This document shows positions 11,049-20,032 of a stretch of DNA of 32,000 nucleotides, piece by piece; the stretch's first letter is position 1, and the number at the start of each line of letters is the position of its first letter. The stretch comes from Escherichia coli (GTDB lineage: Bacteria > Pseudomonadota > Gammaproteobacteria > Enterobacterales > Enterobacteriaceae). The notes below the pieces were generated by a model. The model made no database searches and was not told the origin of the DNA. It worked only from the letters and a program-made list of their open reading frames with translations. The stretch lies in assembly GCF_048572675.1 (NCBI RefSeq), contig NZ_CP123346.1; one strand, given 5' to 3'. The translations under genes were made by a program, and so were the position numbers.

Positions 11049-12152
11049 ATGAGTGACAGCCAGACGCTGGTGGTAAAACTCGGCACCAGTGTGCTAACAG
11101 GCGGATCGCGCCGCCTGAACCGTGCCCATATCGTTGAACTTGTTCGCCAGTGCGCGCAGTTACATGCCGCCGGGCATCGGATTGTTATTGTGACGTCGGG
11201 TGCGATTGCCGCCGGACGTGAGCACCTGGGGTACCCGGAATTGCCAGCGACTATCGCTTCAAAACAGCTGCTGGCGGCGGTAGGGCAGAGTCGACTGATT
11301 CAACTGTGGGAACAGCTGTTTTCAATTTACGGCATTCATGTCGGGCAGATGTTGCTGACCCGTGCTGATATGGAAGATCGTGAACGCTTCCTGAACGCCC
11401 GTGATACCCTGCGTGCGTTGCTCGATAACAATATCGTTCCGGTAATTAATGAGAACGATGCTGTCGCTACTGCAGAGATTAAGGTCGGTGATAACGATAA
11501 CCTTTCTGCGCTGGCGGCGATTCTGGCGGGTGCCGATAAACTGTTGCTGCTGACCGATCAAAAAGGTTTGTATACCGCTGACCCGCGCAGCAATCCGCAG
11601 GCAGAACTGATTAAAGATGTGTACGGCATTGATGACGCACTGCGCGCGATTGCCGGTGATAGCGTTTCAGGCCTCGGAACTGGCGGCATGAGTACCAAAT
11701 TGCAGGCCGCTGACGTGGCTTGCCGTGCGGGTATCGACACCATTATTGCCGCGGGCAGCAAGCCGGGCGTTATTGGTGATGTGATGGAAGGCATTTCCGT
11801 CGGTACGCTGTTCCATGCCCAGGCGACTCCGCTTGAAAACCGTAAACGCTGGATTTTCGGTGCGCCGCCTGCGGGTGAAATCACGGTAGATGAAGGGGCA
11901 ACTGCCGCCATTCTGGAACGCGGCAGCTCCCTGTTGCCGAAAGGCATTAAAAGCGTGACTGGCAATTTCTCGCGTGGTGAAGTCATCCGTATTTGCAACC
12001 TCGAAGGTCGCGATATCGCCCACGGCGTCAGTCGTTACAACAGCGATGCATTACGCCGTATTGCCGGACACCACTCGCAAGAAATTGATGCAATACTGGG
12101 ATATGAATACGGCCCGGTTGCCGTTCACCGTGATGACATGATTACCCGTTAA
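11049..12152 (+). CDS. proB: Glutamate 5-kinase
   Basis: 367 aa from ATG 11049 ([19 protein letters not shown]...), with C-terminal PUA-like domain. Confidence 0.97.
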
Positions 12153-12163
12153 GGAGCTGGCCG

Positions 12164-13417
12164 ATGCTGGAACAAATGGGCATTGCCGCGAAGCAAGCCT
12201 CGTATAAATTAGCGCAACTCTCCAGCCGCGAAAAAAATCGTGTGCTGGAAAAAATCGCCGATGAACTGGAAGCACAAAGCGAAAGTATCCTCAACGCTAA
12301 CGCGCAGGATGTTGCAGACGCGTGTGCCAATGGCCTTAGCGAAGCGATGCTTGACCGTCTGGCACTGACGCCCGCACGGCTGAAAGGCATTGCCGACGAT
12401 GTGCGCCAGGTGTGCAATCTCGCCGATCCGGTGGGGCAGGTAATCGATGGCGGCGTACTGGACAGCGGCCTGCGTCTTGAGCGTCGTCGCGTACCGCTGG
12501 GGGTGATTGGCGTGATTTATGAAGCGCGCCCGAACGTGACGGTTGATGTTGCTTCCCTGTGCCTGAAAACCGGTAACGCGGTGATCCTGCGCGGCGGCAA
12601 AGAAACCTGTCGCACTAACGCTGCAACGGTAGCGGTGATTCAGGACGCCCTGAAATCCTGCGGCTTACCGGCGGGTGCCGTGCAGGCAATTGATAATCCT
12701 GACCGTGCGCTGGTCAGTGAAATGCTGCGTATGGATAAATACATCGACATGCTGATCCCGCGCGGTGGGGCTGGTTTGCATAAACTGTGCCGCGAGCAGT
12801 CGACAATCCCGGTGATCACAGGCGGTATAGGCGTATGCCATATTTACGTTGATGAAAGCGCAGAGATCGCTGAAGCCCTGAAAGTAATTGTCAACGCGAA
12901 AACTCAGCGACCGAGCACATGTAATACGGTAGAAACGTTGCTGGTAAATAAAAACATCGCAGATAGCTTCCTGCCCGCATTAAGCAAACAAATGGCGGAA
13001 AGCGGCGTGACGTTACACGCTGATGCAGCCGCGCTGGCGCAGTTGCAGGCTGGCCCCGCGAAGGTGGTGGCTGTTAAAGCCGAAGAGTATGACGATGAGT
13101 TTCTGTCATTAGATTTGAACGTCATAATCGTTAGCGATCTGGATGACGCCATTGCCCATATTCGTGAACACGGCACGCAACACTCCGATGCGATCCTGAC
13201 CCGCGATATGCGCAACGCCCAGCGTTTTGTTAACGAAGTGGATTCCTCCGCTGTTTACGTTAACGCCTCTACGCGTTTTACCGACGGCGGCCAGTTTGGA
13301 CTGGGGGCGGAAGTTGCGGTAAGCACACAAAAACTCCACGCGCGCGGCCCAATGGGGCTGGAAGCACTGACCACTTATAAGTGGATCGGCATTGGTGATT
13401 ACACCATTCGTGCGTAA
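12164..13417 (+). CDS. proA: Gamma-glutamyl phosphate reductase
   Basis: 417 aa [28 protein letters not shown]... Confidence 0.97.
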   Translation: MLEQMGIAAKQASYKLAQLSSREKNRVLEKIADELEAQSESILNANAQDVADACANGLSEAMLDRLALTPARLKGIADDVRQVCNLADPVGQVIDGGVLDSGLRLERRRVPLGVIGVIYEARPNVTVDVASLCLKTGNAVILRGGKETCRTNAATVAVIQDALKSCGLPAGAVQAIDNPDRALVSEMLRMDKYIDMLIPRGGAGLHKLCREQSTIPVITGGIGVCHIYVDESAEIAEALKVIVNAKTQRPSTCNTVETLLVNKNIADSFLPALSKQMAESGVTLHADAAALAQLQAGPAKVVAVKAEEYDDEFLSLDLNVIIVSDLDDAIAHIREHGTQHSDAILTRDMRNAQRFVNEVDSSAVYVNASTRFTDGGQFGLGAEVAVSTQKLHARGPMGLEALTTYKWIGIGDYTIRA

Positions 13418-13420
13418 ATA

Positions 13421-13480
13421 AAACCGGGTGATGCAAAAGTAGCCATTTGATTCACAAGGCCATTGACGCATCGCCCGGTT
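13421..13480. terminator. Long inverted-repeat hairpin downstream of proA
   Basis: AACCGGGTGATGC ... GCATCGCCCGGTT, 13-bp arms with one G.U. Confidence 0.55.
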
Positions 13481-13531
13481 AGTTTTAACCTTGTCCACCG
13501 TGATTCACGTTCGTGAACATGTCCTTTCAGG

Positions 13532-13607
13532 GCCGATATAGCTCAGTTGGTAGAGCAGCGCATTCGTAATGCGAAGGTCGTAGGTTCGACTCCTATTATC
13601 GGCACCA
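13532..13607 (+). tRNA. thrW: tRNA-Thr (CGT anticodon); attachment site of the downstream element
   Basis: Cloverleaf GCCGATA...CTTCGTAA-type anticodon arm (TTCGTAA, anticodon CGT), TTCGACT T-arm, TATCGGC, CCA encoded. Confidence 0.96.
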
Positions 13608-13772
13608 TTCAAACATCTCCCCAAGTCTACTAAAGTCTTTCAAAACCCCTTATAATCCGCGTATTAAAGCCCCATTCGTCTTTTGACGTCTACTAAAGTC
13701 CCTCAAAATCTACGGTCAGATGGGGGTACTTATGGGGGTATTTGCTGTTCGGATTAGTGGAGGTACCCCCAA

Positions 13773-14987
13773 GTGAAACTCAATGCCCGTCAAATAGACA
13801 CAGCCAAGCCAAAAGAGAAGGCTTACAAGCTGGCCGATGGTGGCGGTTTGTATCTCTTGGTAAAACCTAATGGAGGTAAATACTGGCGACTTAAATATCG
13901 TGTAGCTGGTAAAGAGAAGCTATTGGCACTAGGTGTGTATCCTGAGGTTACTCTAGCCGATGCTCGGGCAAAACGTGAAGATGCGAAAAGAGGTATCGCT
14001 GGTGGTATCGATCCGATGGAAGCGAAACGAGAGGAAAAGATTGCCCGGGAAACGCAGTTAAACAACACCTTCAAAGATATTGCCCTTGAGTGGCACAGCA
14101 GCAAATTAAAAAAATGGTCTGCTGGTTATGCTTCAGACATCCTCGAAGCCTTCAACAAAGATGTGTTCCCTTACATTGGCAAAAAACCAATCGCCGAAAT
14201 CAAACCACTTGAACTTCTGAATGTGCTGCGGCGCATCGAGGGGCGCGGTGCTACAGAAAAAGCCAAAAAAGTGAGGCAGCGGTGCGGGGAAGTTTTCCGC
14301 TATGCAATAGTCACTGGTCGCGCAGAGTATAACCCTGCACCAGACCTTACTAGCGCGATGCAAGGCCATGAATCTAATCATTACCCTTTCCTTACAGCCA
14401 AAGAATTACCTGATTTTTTCAAGGCATTGTCCAGTTACTCAGGAAGCGCATTGGTTGTTATGGCGGCTCGTCTACTGATTATCACCGGCTTGCGGACTGG
14501 CGAACTACGTGGCGCATTATGGGATGAAATTGATTTCAACAAGGCTATCTGGGAGATACCCGCTTCACGTATGAAAATGCGGCGGCCTCATATTGTGCCA
14601 TTGTCTGAGCAGGCTCTTTCGCTTATTGGGAAGATTAGAGAAATAACAGGCAATTACCCTCTTATGTTTCCCGGGCGCAATGATCCAAGGAAAACAATGA
14701 GCGAGGCCAGCATAAACCAAGTGTTTAAGCGCATTGGCTACGCTGGACGTGTAACTGGTCATGGGTTCCGGCACACTATGAGTACGATTTTGCATGAGCA
14801 GGGCTATAACACCGCGTGGATAGAAACGCAGCTCGCTCACGTTGATAAGAACTCAATTCGTGGCACATACAACCATGCGCAATATCTGGATGGAAGGCGG
14901 GAGATGCTTCAATGGTATGCCGACTATATGGATTCTCTCGAGCATGGCGGAAATGTGGTGCATATGGTGTTTGAAAAACACGCATGA
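13773..14987 (+). CDS. P4-type tyrosine-recombinase integrase
   Basis: 404 aa; N-terminal LNARQIDTAKPKEKAYKLADGGGLYLLVKPNGGKYWRLKYR; catalytic LLIITGLRTGEL, HGFRHTMSTILHEQG, Y of GTYNHAQYLDGR. Confidence 0.95.
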   Translation: MKLNARQIDTAKPKEKAYKLADGGGLYLLVKPNGGKYWRLKYRVAGKEKLLALGVYPEVTLADARAKREDAKRGIAGGIDPMEAKREEKIARETQLNNTFKDIALEWHSSKLKKWSAGYASDILEAFNKDVFPYIGKKPIAEIKPLELLNVLRRIEGRGATEKAKKVRQRCGEVFRYAIVTGRAEYNPAPDLTSAMQGHESNHYPFLTAKELPDFFKALSSYSGSALVVMAARLLIITGLRTGELRGALWDEIDFNKAIWEIPASRMKMRRPHIVPLSEQALSLIGKIREITGNYPLMFPGRNDPRKTMSEASINQVFKRIGYAGRVTGHGFRHTMSTILHEQGYNTAWIETQLAHVDKNSIRGTYNHAQYLDGRREMLQWYADYMDSLEHGGNVVHMVFEKHA

Positions 14988-15257
14988 AACAACTGGACAA
15001 GTATACAGAGGTTTACTAAAGTATAGGGGAGTAGATTGATAAAAACTCACAGAGGATTGCTATTTAACAGTTAGCCCTGGAGAAGGGCAATCGCTCTTTT
15101 ATAAACGAAGGTGTATTGAGCCTTCTACGTCGCTGACAAAGCGGAATGTTCTTTAAAACTACTGGATGTCACGCCTAATAGCGTGATCCTGCCGAAATGC
15201 AGGGTAGCTCTACCCTTGTGGAGCAAACAAACCAAAACAATCTGACTATCTTTTATA

Positions 15258-15292
15258 AAAGACCGCAATATGTTTTTCATATTGTGGTCTTT
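15258..15292. repeat. Strong hairpin in int-alpA intergenic region
   Basis: AAAGACCGCAATATG ttttt CATATTGTGGTCTTT, 15-bp stem with one G.U. Confidence 0.7.
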
Positions 15293-15378
15293 GGCGTATT
15301 CGGCATTTGACGCAAATAAAACTCTCGCCATTCGTTGCAGGAGGGGGTTATTGCGTCATTAGTACAGGATATTAATAA

Positions 15379-15582
15379 ATGGCTAATTACAATTCATTAA
15401 TTCGTCTCTCTGAAGTTCAAAGGCGAACTGGTTATAGCAAAGCATGGATTTATCGTCTTATTAGTCAGGGGAGGTTCCCTAAACAGGTAAAAATTGGAAG
15501 TCGGGCAATTGCTTTTGTTGAGTCTGAAATAGATGAATGGATTGAGAAGTGTATATTAGAATCTAGAGACGAGATGGCCTGA
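15379..15582 (+). CDS. AlpA-family phage transcriptional regulator / excisionase-like
   Basis: 67 aa LIRLSEVQRRTGYSKAWIYRLISQGRFPKQVKIGSRAIAFVESEIDEWI. Confidence 0.9.
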   Translation: MANYNSLIRLSEVQRRTGYSKAWIYRLISQGRFPKQVKIGSRAIAFVESEIDEWIEKCILESRDEMA

Positions 15583-16013
15583 TGGAAAAGAAAAACCGCC
15601 CATTACAGGCGGCTAATTCAGATATTCGTGTATCTGATGTTACGCCCCTTACAAAATCCCTTCAAGCACCAAAGCGCACACCGAAAAAGCATCGTGCCAG
15701 AGTCTATATGCTGCGTACTGGTATAGAGGGATGGACAGAAAATGACATTCTTCGCTACTGCCGTCTGTCTTCTGGTCGTAACTATGCAACAGAGTTAGAA
15801 CGCCAGCTTGGAATCACTCTGGAGCGTATCGACGAAAAGAATCCTGATGGTATCGGAACACACCTTCGCTACCGTTTCTCCTGCCGTGGTGATGTTCTGA
15901 AAGTGATCACTCATATTAACCATCTTGCGAACATAAATGATCACAACGGACTTTCTCAGCAGGAAATTGCCGACATTCTGAAACTCTACCCGGACGCGTT
16001 TAACGCCGCCTAA
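15582..16013 (+). CDS. Hypothetical protein of P4-like elements
   Basis: 143-aa ORF overlapping alpA stop (TGATG). Confidence 0.65.
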   Translation: MEKKNRPLQAANSDIRVSDVTPLTKSLQAPKRTPKKHRARVYMLRTGIEGWTENDILRYCRLSSGRNYATELERQLGITLERIDEKNPDGIGTHLRYRFSCRGDVLKVITHINHLANINDHNGLSQQEIADILKLYPDAFNAA

Positions 16014-16025
16014 CGGAGACTGAAA

Positions 16026-16859
16026 ATGAACATCGAAAAAAGCAGATTAATTTCTGAGGCTGCCCCTCATCTGAACGCCTCTCTGGGCACAATTAACGGT
16101 AATGAATTTGCCGCAATTGTCCCGGTTATTCCTGGTCATATCGGTGGGCGTGAAACCAATATTGTTAGCGCAAAAGCGTTACACAAAGCGTTGGGCGTGG
16201 GAAAAGACTTCTCTACATGGATCACTGATCGCATCTCTGAATATGACTTCACCATTGGGCACGATTACTCAGTCCATAAAACAATTTCCCCAAATTTGGG
16301 GAAAAGCCCGAATGGCGCGGCTTACAGCAAGATTAAGCAGTCTGGCAGACCCGGCAAAGACTATCTGTTAAGTGTCGGAATGGCGAAAGAACTGGCAATG
16401 ATCGAACGCAATGATCAGGGTCGCGCTATCCGCCGTTATTTCATCCAGTGCGAGGAAGAATTACAGCGTACCGTGCCTGAAATCGCCGCCCGCTATCGTC
16501 GCCAGCTAAAAGCCCGTATCAGTGCCGCAAACAACTTTAAGCCAATGTGCGATGCGCTGAATATGGCCCGTGCCGAGCAGGGGAAAACGACGCAGCAACA
16601 CCACTACACAAACGAGAGCAATATGATTTCTCGTATCGTTCTTGGTGGGCTAACTGCCAAGCAGTGGGCGCGGATAAATGGCTATTCTGGCGAACCTCGC
16701 GACCATATGAACGCAGAACAGCTTGAGCACCTCTCATATCTCGAAAGCACCAATATCACGTTAATTGATATGGGCATGGAATATGAGCAGCGCAAAGGAG
16801 AACTCACCCGCCTGTCGCAACGCTGGCTCGCCAAGCGTCTGGAGGTAGTCAATGTCTAA
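16026..16859 (+). CDS. Phage antirepressor, AntA/AntB N-terminal domain
   Basis: 277 aa; NIVSAKALHKALGVGKDFSTWITDRISEYDFTIGHDY and KDYLLSVGMAKELAMIERNDQGRAIRRYFIQCEEEL. Confidence 0.85.
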   Translation: MNIEKSRLISEAAPHLNASLGTINGNEFAAIVPVIPGHIGGRETNIVSAKALHKALGVGKDFSTWITDRISEYDFTIGHDYSVHKTISPNLGKSPNGAAYSKIKQSGRPGKDYLLSVGMAKELAMIERNDQGRAIRRYFIQCEEELQRTVPEIAARYRRQLKARISAANNFKPMCDALNMARAEQGKTTQQHHYTNESNMISRIVLGGLTAKQWARINGYSGEPRDHMNAEQLEHLSYLESTNITLIDMGMEYEQRKGELTRLSQRWLAKRLEVVNV

Positions 16860-17034
16860 GCCAACAGGAACACCACAACCACAAAAACGCTACAAAGATG
16901 CCCACGGAGCACTCGTTACTGTCGAAAGCGTGTCTCACAACCGAGTGACGTTTTATCGCGACGGGTATCAATCGCCATGCGTACAACCGCTGGCACGTTT
17001 CATGAAGGAGTTCGCGGAGGTTAACAAATGCTAA
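16852..17034 (+). CDS. Small conserved phage protein (DUF4222-like)
   Basis: 60 aa RYKDAHGALVTVESVSHNRVTFYRDGYQSPCVQPLARFMKEF; overlaps both neighbours. Confidence 0.6.
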   Translation: MSKPTGTPQPQKRYKDAHGALVTVESVSHNRVTFYRDGYQSPCVQPLARFMKEFAEVNKC

Positions 17035-18056
17035 CCGTCCAGAAGAAGACATTTTCACTGGCAGGTATGTCGCCAAAATCCAGCAATATGACGGCAAAGT
17101 CAGGCATTAATACAGCAGATACAAGCAAAGTTTATCATTTGCTGGTGGTCGAAACGGATGCCTTAACCATACCAGAAATCTCGGGCGATGATATTAGCAT
17201 TGAGAAGGTCAGCGGCTGCGCCAGAAAATTTCTGGTCGTAGATGATGTCTTCCGCTCGTGTAGTGACTCCACAAAAACATTCGTCCACGTGCGTGACGTT
17301 AACGAAATGAGCGCGATGTACTGTGCATCTGGTGCTTCCAATACTGAGTTTTCGGAGTCCATAAAAAAGAGCTTGCCGTTATGCGGCAACACGGTTTATG
17401 GTTATAAGGCACCTCATAAAACGGGTGCCGGGATTAGGACCCCGCAGGCAATCGAGGCGATACATGACGCGCCAGCGTCTTTTTTTGTATCGGCGCACAC
17501 GCACACCTTATCAATGGTGGGCTGTATGGGGCTGACTTCGGTCAGGCTGGTTTCCTTGATTGCCAGTAGTCCTAACCCTGTACAGTCCACCGCCAGCGAG
17601 CTTAGGACCTCCGGCGGTGGCTATAAACCATCAATCAAGGAGGCTGCCACATGCTGGCTACTACCCCTACCCAAAAACCGCAATTTATCTGGATTATCGC
17701 CGCAGTTCGCCGCGATTGCCCGACAATTACCGCCAAAATTCATCATATTGCTGCCGAGTCTGAACGCGATGCTCGCCGTTCTCTGGTGCGCGATCACATC
17801 TGCTTTTTTGCTGGTCGTATCCGCATGGAGGTGGCACATGATTAAAACCTACGATGTGCATATGGATCCCCTCGAACGCACAAGCCAGATCATCACACTG
17901 ACAGAAGTGATTAACGACATTCTGGTGAGCAACTCTCCCTCACGAGACGAAAAACTGAAGGCGTTACTCGCGATATTGGATCTCGCCGTTCGTGACGTTC
18001 ATTTCCTGCTGGAAGGTGGACAAATGCCATGCAAAACGGGGGCAACCAATGAATAA
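17028..18056 (+). CDS. Ash-like phage ORF, apparently running in frame into a separate small gene (from 17838)
   Basis: Contains ...[30 protein letters not shown], hallmark of P4-like Ash ORFs; region also carries CI/C4-like RNA signals so parts may be noncoding in function. Confidence 0.5.
   Translation: MLTVQKKTFSLAGMSPKSSNMTAKSGINTADTSKVYHLLVVETDALTIPEISGDDISIEKVSGCARKFLVVDDVFRSCSDSTKTFVHVRDVNEMSAMYCASGASNTEFSESIKKSLPLCGNTVYGYKAPHKTGAGIRTPQAIEAIHDAPASFFVSAHTHTLSMVGCMGLTSVRLVSLIASSPNPVQSTASELRTSGGGYKPSIKEAATCWLLPLPKNRNLSGLSPQFAAIARQLPPKFIILLPSLNAMLAVLWCAITSAFLLVVSAWRWHMIKTYDVHMDPLERTSQIITLTEVINDILVSNSPSRDEKLKALLAILDLAVRDVHFLLEGGQMPCKTGATNE
17434..17620 (+). ncRNA. Candidate P4 CI / P1 C4-like antisense immunity RNA region with target-like sites
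   Basis: TTAGGAC (17434-17440), complementary GTCCTAA (17569-17575), TTAGGAC (17602-17608); hairpin CTGAC-TTCG-GTCAG (17532-17545); CCACCGCC/GGCGGTGG stem (17587-17594/17613-17620). Confidence 0.65.
17651..17845 (+). CDS. Icd-like host cell division inhibitor-type protein, nested in the Ash frame
   Basis: 64 aa [64 protein letters not shown]; AGGAGG 8 nt upstream of ATG. Confidence 0.75.
   Translation: MLATTPTQKPQFIWIIAAVRRDCPTITAKIHHIAAESERDARRSLVRDHICFFAGRIRMEVAHD
17838..18056 (+). CDS. Hypothetical small protein (separate product of the 17028 frame)
   Basis: ATG overlaps stop region of the Icd-like ORF; [32 protein letters not shown]... Confidence 0.5.
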   Translation: MIKTYDVHMDPLERTSQIITLTEVINDILVSNSPSRDEKLKALLAILDLAVRDVHFLLEGGQMPCKTGATNE

Positions 18057-18243
18057 CTCAATTAATACCCCTCGCCTTACGTCCGCACTTCAATTAATCG
18101 AGCAAGCAGCGGCTGTCCTGGTTGCTGTCAGTCTTTCGGCTGAAGAAATGGACGCTGCTGATGTCGTGGATGCGATTAAAGCGTGCTCATCTTTGGTTAA
18201 CAATGCCCGTGCCGAGCTGGTAATTCTTGGTGGTGAAAAATGA
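18049..18243 (+). CDS. Hypothetical protein
   Basis: [45 protein letters not shown]...; overlaps upstream and downstream ORFs. Confidence 0.6.
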   Translation: MNNSINTPRLTSALQLIEQAAAVLVAVSLSAEEMDAADVVDAIKACSSLVNNARAELVILGGEK

Positions 18244-18503
18244 ATATCAACTCAATTTATCGTCATCCGTGTGAGCTGGAAATTGAATCATTGCTGGGGC
18301 GCGAAGAGCCATATCCAGACACATTCACTCCCGCAGATTGCGCGACTGAACGGCTTACCAGAGCGCGCACAGGTCTGGTTCATGTGATGAATGAGATTAT
18401 TCCCTCGGTGGGAGGGGAACAGGCGACAGTAATCAATAGCTGGCTACAAAAAGTTACCTCCCTGATAGATATCAGTTTAATCGATGTGGAGAGTGCGAAA
18501 TGA
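18240..18503 (+). CDS. Hypothetical protein
   Basis: 87-aa ORF, ATGA overlap with the previous gene. Confidence 0.6.
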   Translation: MNINSIYRHPCELEIESLLGREEPYPDTFTPADCATERLTRARTGLVHVMNEIIPSVGGEQATVINSWLQKVTSLIDISLIDVESAK

Positions 18504-18721
18504 CCAACATCCAGCTCATTGAAGCGCAATGTCGCATCGAACAGGTTCAGACTGTTTTAGGGTTCTGGCTTGAAGGGGCCAGCCCAAGCAACAGAGACAA
18601 GTTAATGATTGGCGCGGTTATGTCACTGCTCAATGGCGTCCCAGAAGCTATTCAGGAAGCGGACGAATTGTTGGGCAAATATGAGTTACAGAATCATTCA
18701 GGCGAGGCGAAACATGAATAA
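18500..18721 (+). CDS. Hypothetical protein
   Basis: 73-aa ORF, ATGA overlap. Confidence 0.6.
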   Translation: MTNIQLIEAQCRIEQVQTVLGFWLEGASPSNRDKLMIGAVMSLLNGVPEAIQEADELLGKYELQNHSGEAKHE

Positions 18722-19316
18722 TTTCTTAACTTTCCATGCAGAAGCAACGCCTGACGGCGTAAATATCATGTACCGCAGCAACGATGGCATGACAGAACGC
18801 GTTGAGGCCGTCTCATATATTGATGCCGTAAATCGTCTGGATGCCGGGGATTATGACGATAAACCAGATGAAGGTATGTCAATACATCTCGCTATAGCCG
18901 ATGGCGGCAACCAGGGATATTTCGATTACACATCACAGCATAACGTCATTATGTGGAGATGGCTGATCGCAACAGTATTCATGCTGGAAATGAGAGAGGA
19001 AAACGGCACTGTCAGCATCATTGATGATACTGGCAATCCTTCCGAAGTGGCTGTTTATTCCAACGGCATCGTCGCCATGCCGCTGTATCCAGTAGCAGAG
19101 CGCCTCGCTATGGCAAACAACATTGAGGGCGCGATGATAGAACGTTTTGGCATCGAGTCTGGCACAGAACGCGCCATCATTTTCTACAGAGCCATGATGG
19201 ATGTGGAACAAGGAGCACTGACTCCATTTGGTCGTGAAACGCTTGCTGAACTTCACAACAGCTTTATAGCTGAACTGAATGAAAACGGCATGCCAGCGGA
19301 ACCAGTGACGCACTGA
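18714..19316 (+). CDS. Hypothetical phage-element protein
   Basis: Likely ATG at 18714 (MNNFLTFHAEATPDGVNIMYRSNDG...). Confidence 0.7.
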   Translation: MNNFLTFHAEATPDGVNIMYRSNDGMTERVEAVSYIDAVNRLDAGDYDDKPDEGMSIHLAIADGGNQGYFDYTSQHNVIMWRWLIATVFMLEMREENGTVSIIDDTGNPSEVAVYSNGIVAMPLYPVAERLAMANNIEGAMIERFGIESGTERAIIFYRAMMDVEQGALTPFGRETLAELHNSFIAELNENGMPAEPVTH

Positions 19317-19326
19317 GGATGGAGCC

Positions 19327-19668
19327 ATGATTACTAAAAATTTCCGACTAAATGCGCTGGCAAATAAGTATGCGTCGGCACTGTATAACCACATTACCTC
19401 CACCAGCGGCGGGGACTATTTCATGGTTGATGCGGACGGCGAGGCCGTCCGTGTGGAAATCGTCAATGGAGTAAAAGGCGTTCGCAGCCTGATCGATAGC
19501 TACACACTGGCAGCCATGAAAGTGTTCTACCCGCAGTGGGAAACCGTGGGGATAGAGCTTCTTGATCGTTGCGTCACTAAGGACGGATTGACTGACGTCG
19601 GGCGTGAGATATGGCAAAGCATGGTTAATGACATGGGCGCAACTGTAGCGGGAGGTTCTCATGCGTGA
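19327..19668 (+). CDS. Hypothetical protein
   Basis: 113-aa ORF collinear with the operon. Confidence 0.6.
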   Translation: MITKNFRLNALANKYASALYNHITSTSGGDYFMVDADGEAVRVEIVNGVKGVRSLIDSYTLAAMKVFYPQWETVGIELLDRCVTKDGLTDVGREIWQSMVNDMGATVAGGSHA

Positions 19669-20032
19669 AAATGCAGAAATGGCGCTTAGCTCCGCAATCG
19701 GAGAGCAGGTGGCAAAGATTGCTGGTGCTGTGTGGATTCATAACCTTCATTCTACTGGTGAAGAGAAAATGGCAATTCAGACGCCAGAGGGACGCACCAT
19801 TACTACATCTCTGAAGCCGTCAGATGTTTGTGATCTGATTTGCGCATTCATGTACCCAGCAATGAGGACTGTCCACGGCGATAAGTGGAAACTTGCGACA
19901 ACCGCTGAATTTGATATGTGGCTAAACAATGATGGCATGCTGACTGATTACGGAATAACCAAGTGGCAGATGCTGGTTAGCCATATCGCAAACGCTATAG
20001 ACCACGTGGGGTACGGTGATGCGAAACATTGA
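19661..20032 (+). CDS. Hypothetical protein
   Basis: 123-aa ORF overlapping the next gene. Confidence 0.6.
   Translation: MRENAEMALSSAIGEQVAKIAGAVWIHNLHSTGEEKMAIQTPEGRTITTSLKPSDVCDLICAFMYPAMRTVHGDKWKLATTAEFDMWLNNDGMLTDYGITKWQMLVSHIANAIDHVGYGDAKH

Noticed and set aside
11667-12023. 118-aa minus-strand ORF inside proB, and similar antisense ORFs in proA, frsA, gpt and dinB
   Set aside because: Antisense mirror frames in conserved housekeeping genes; no independent evidence.
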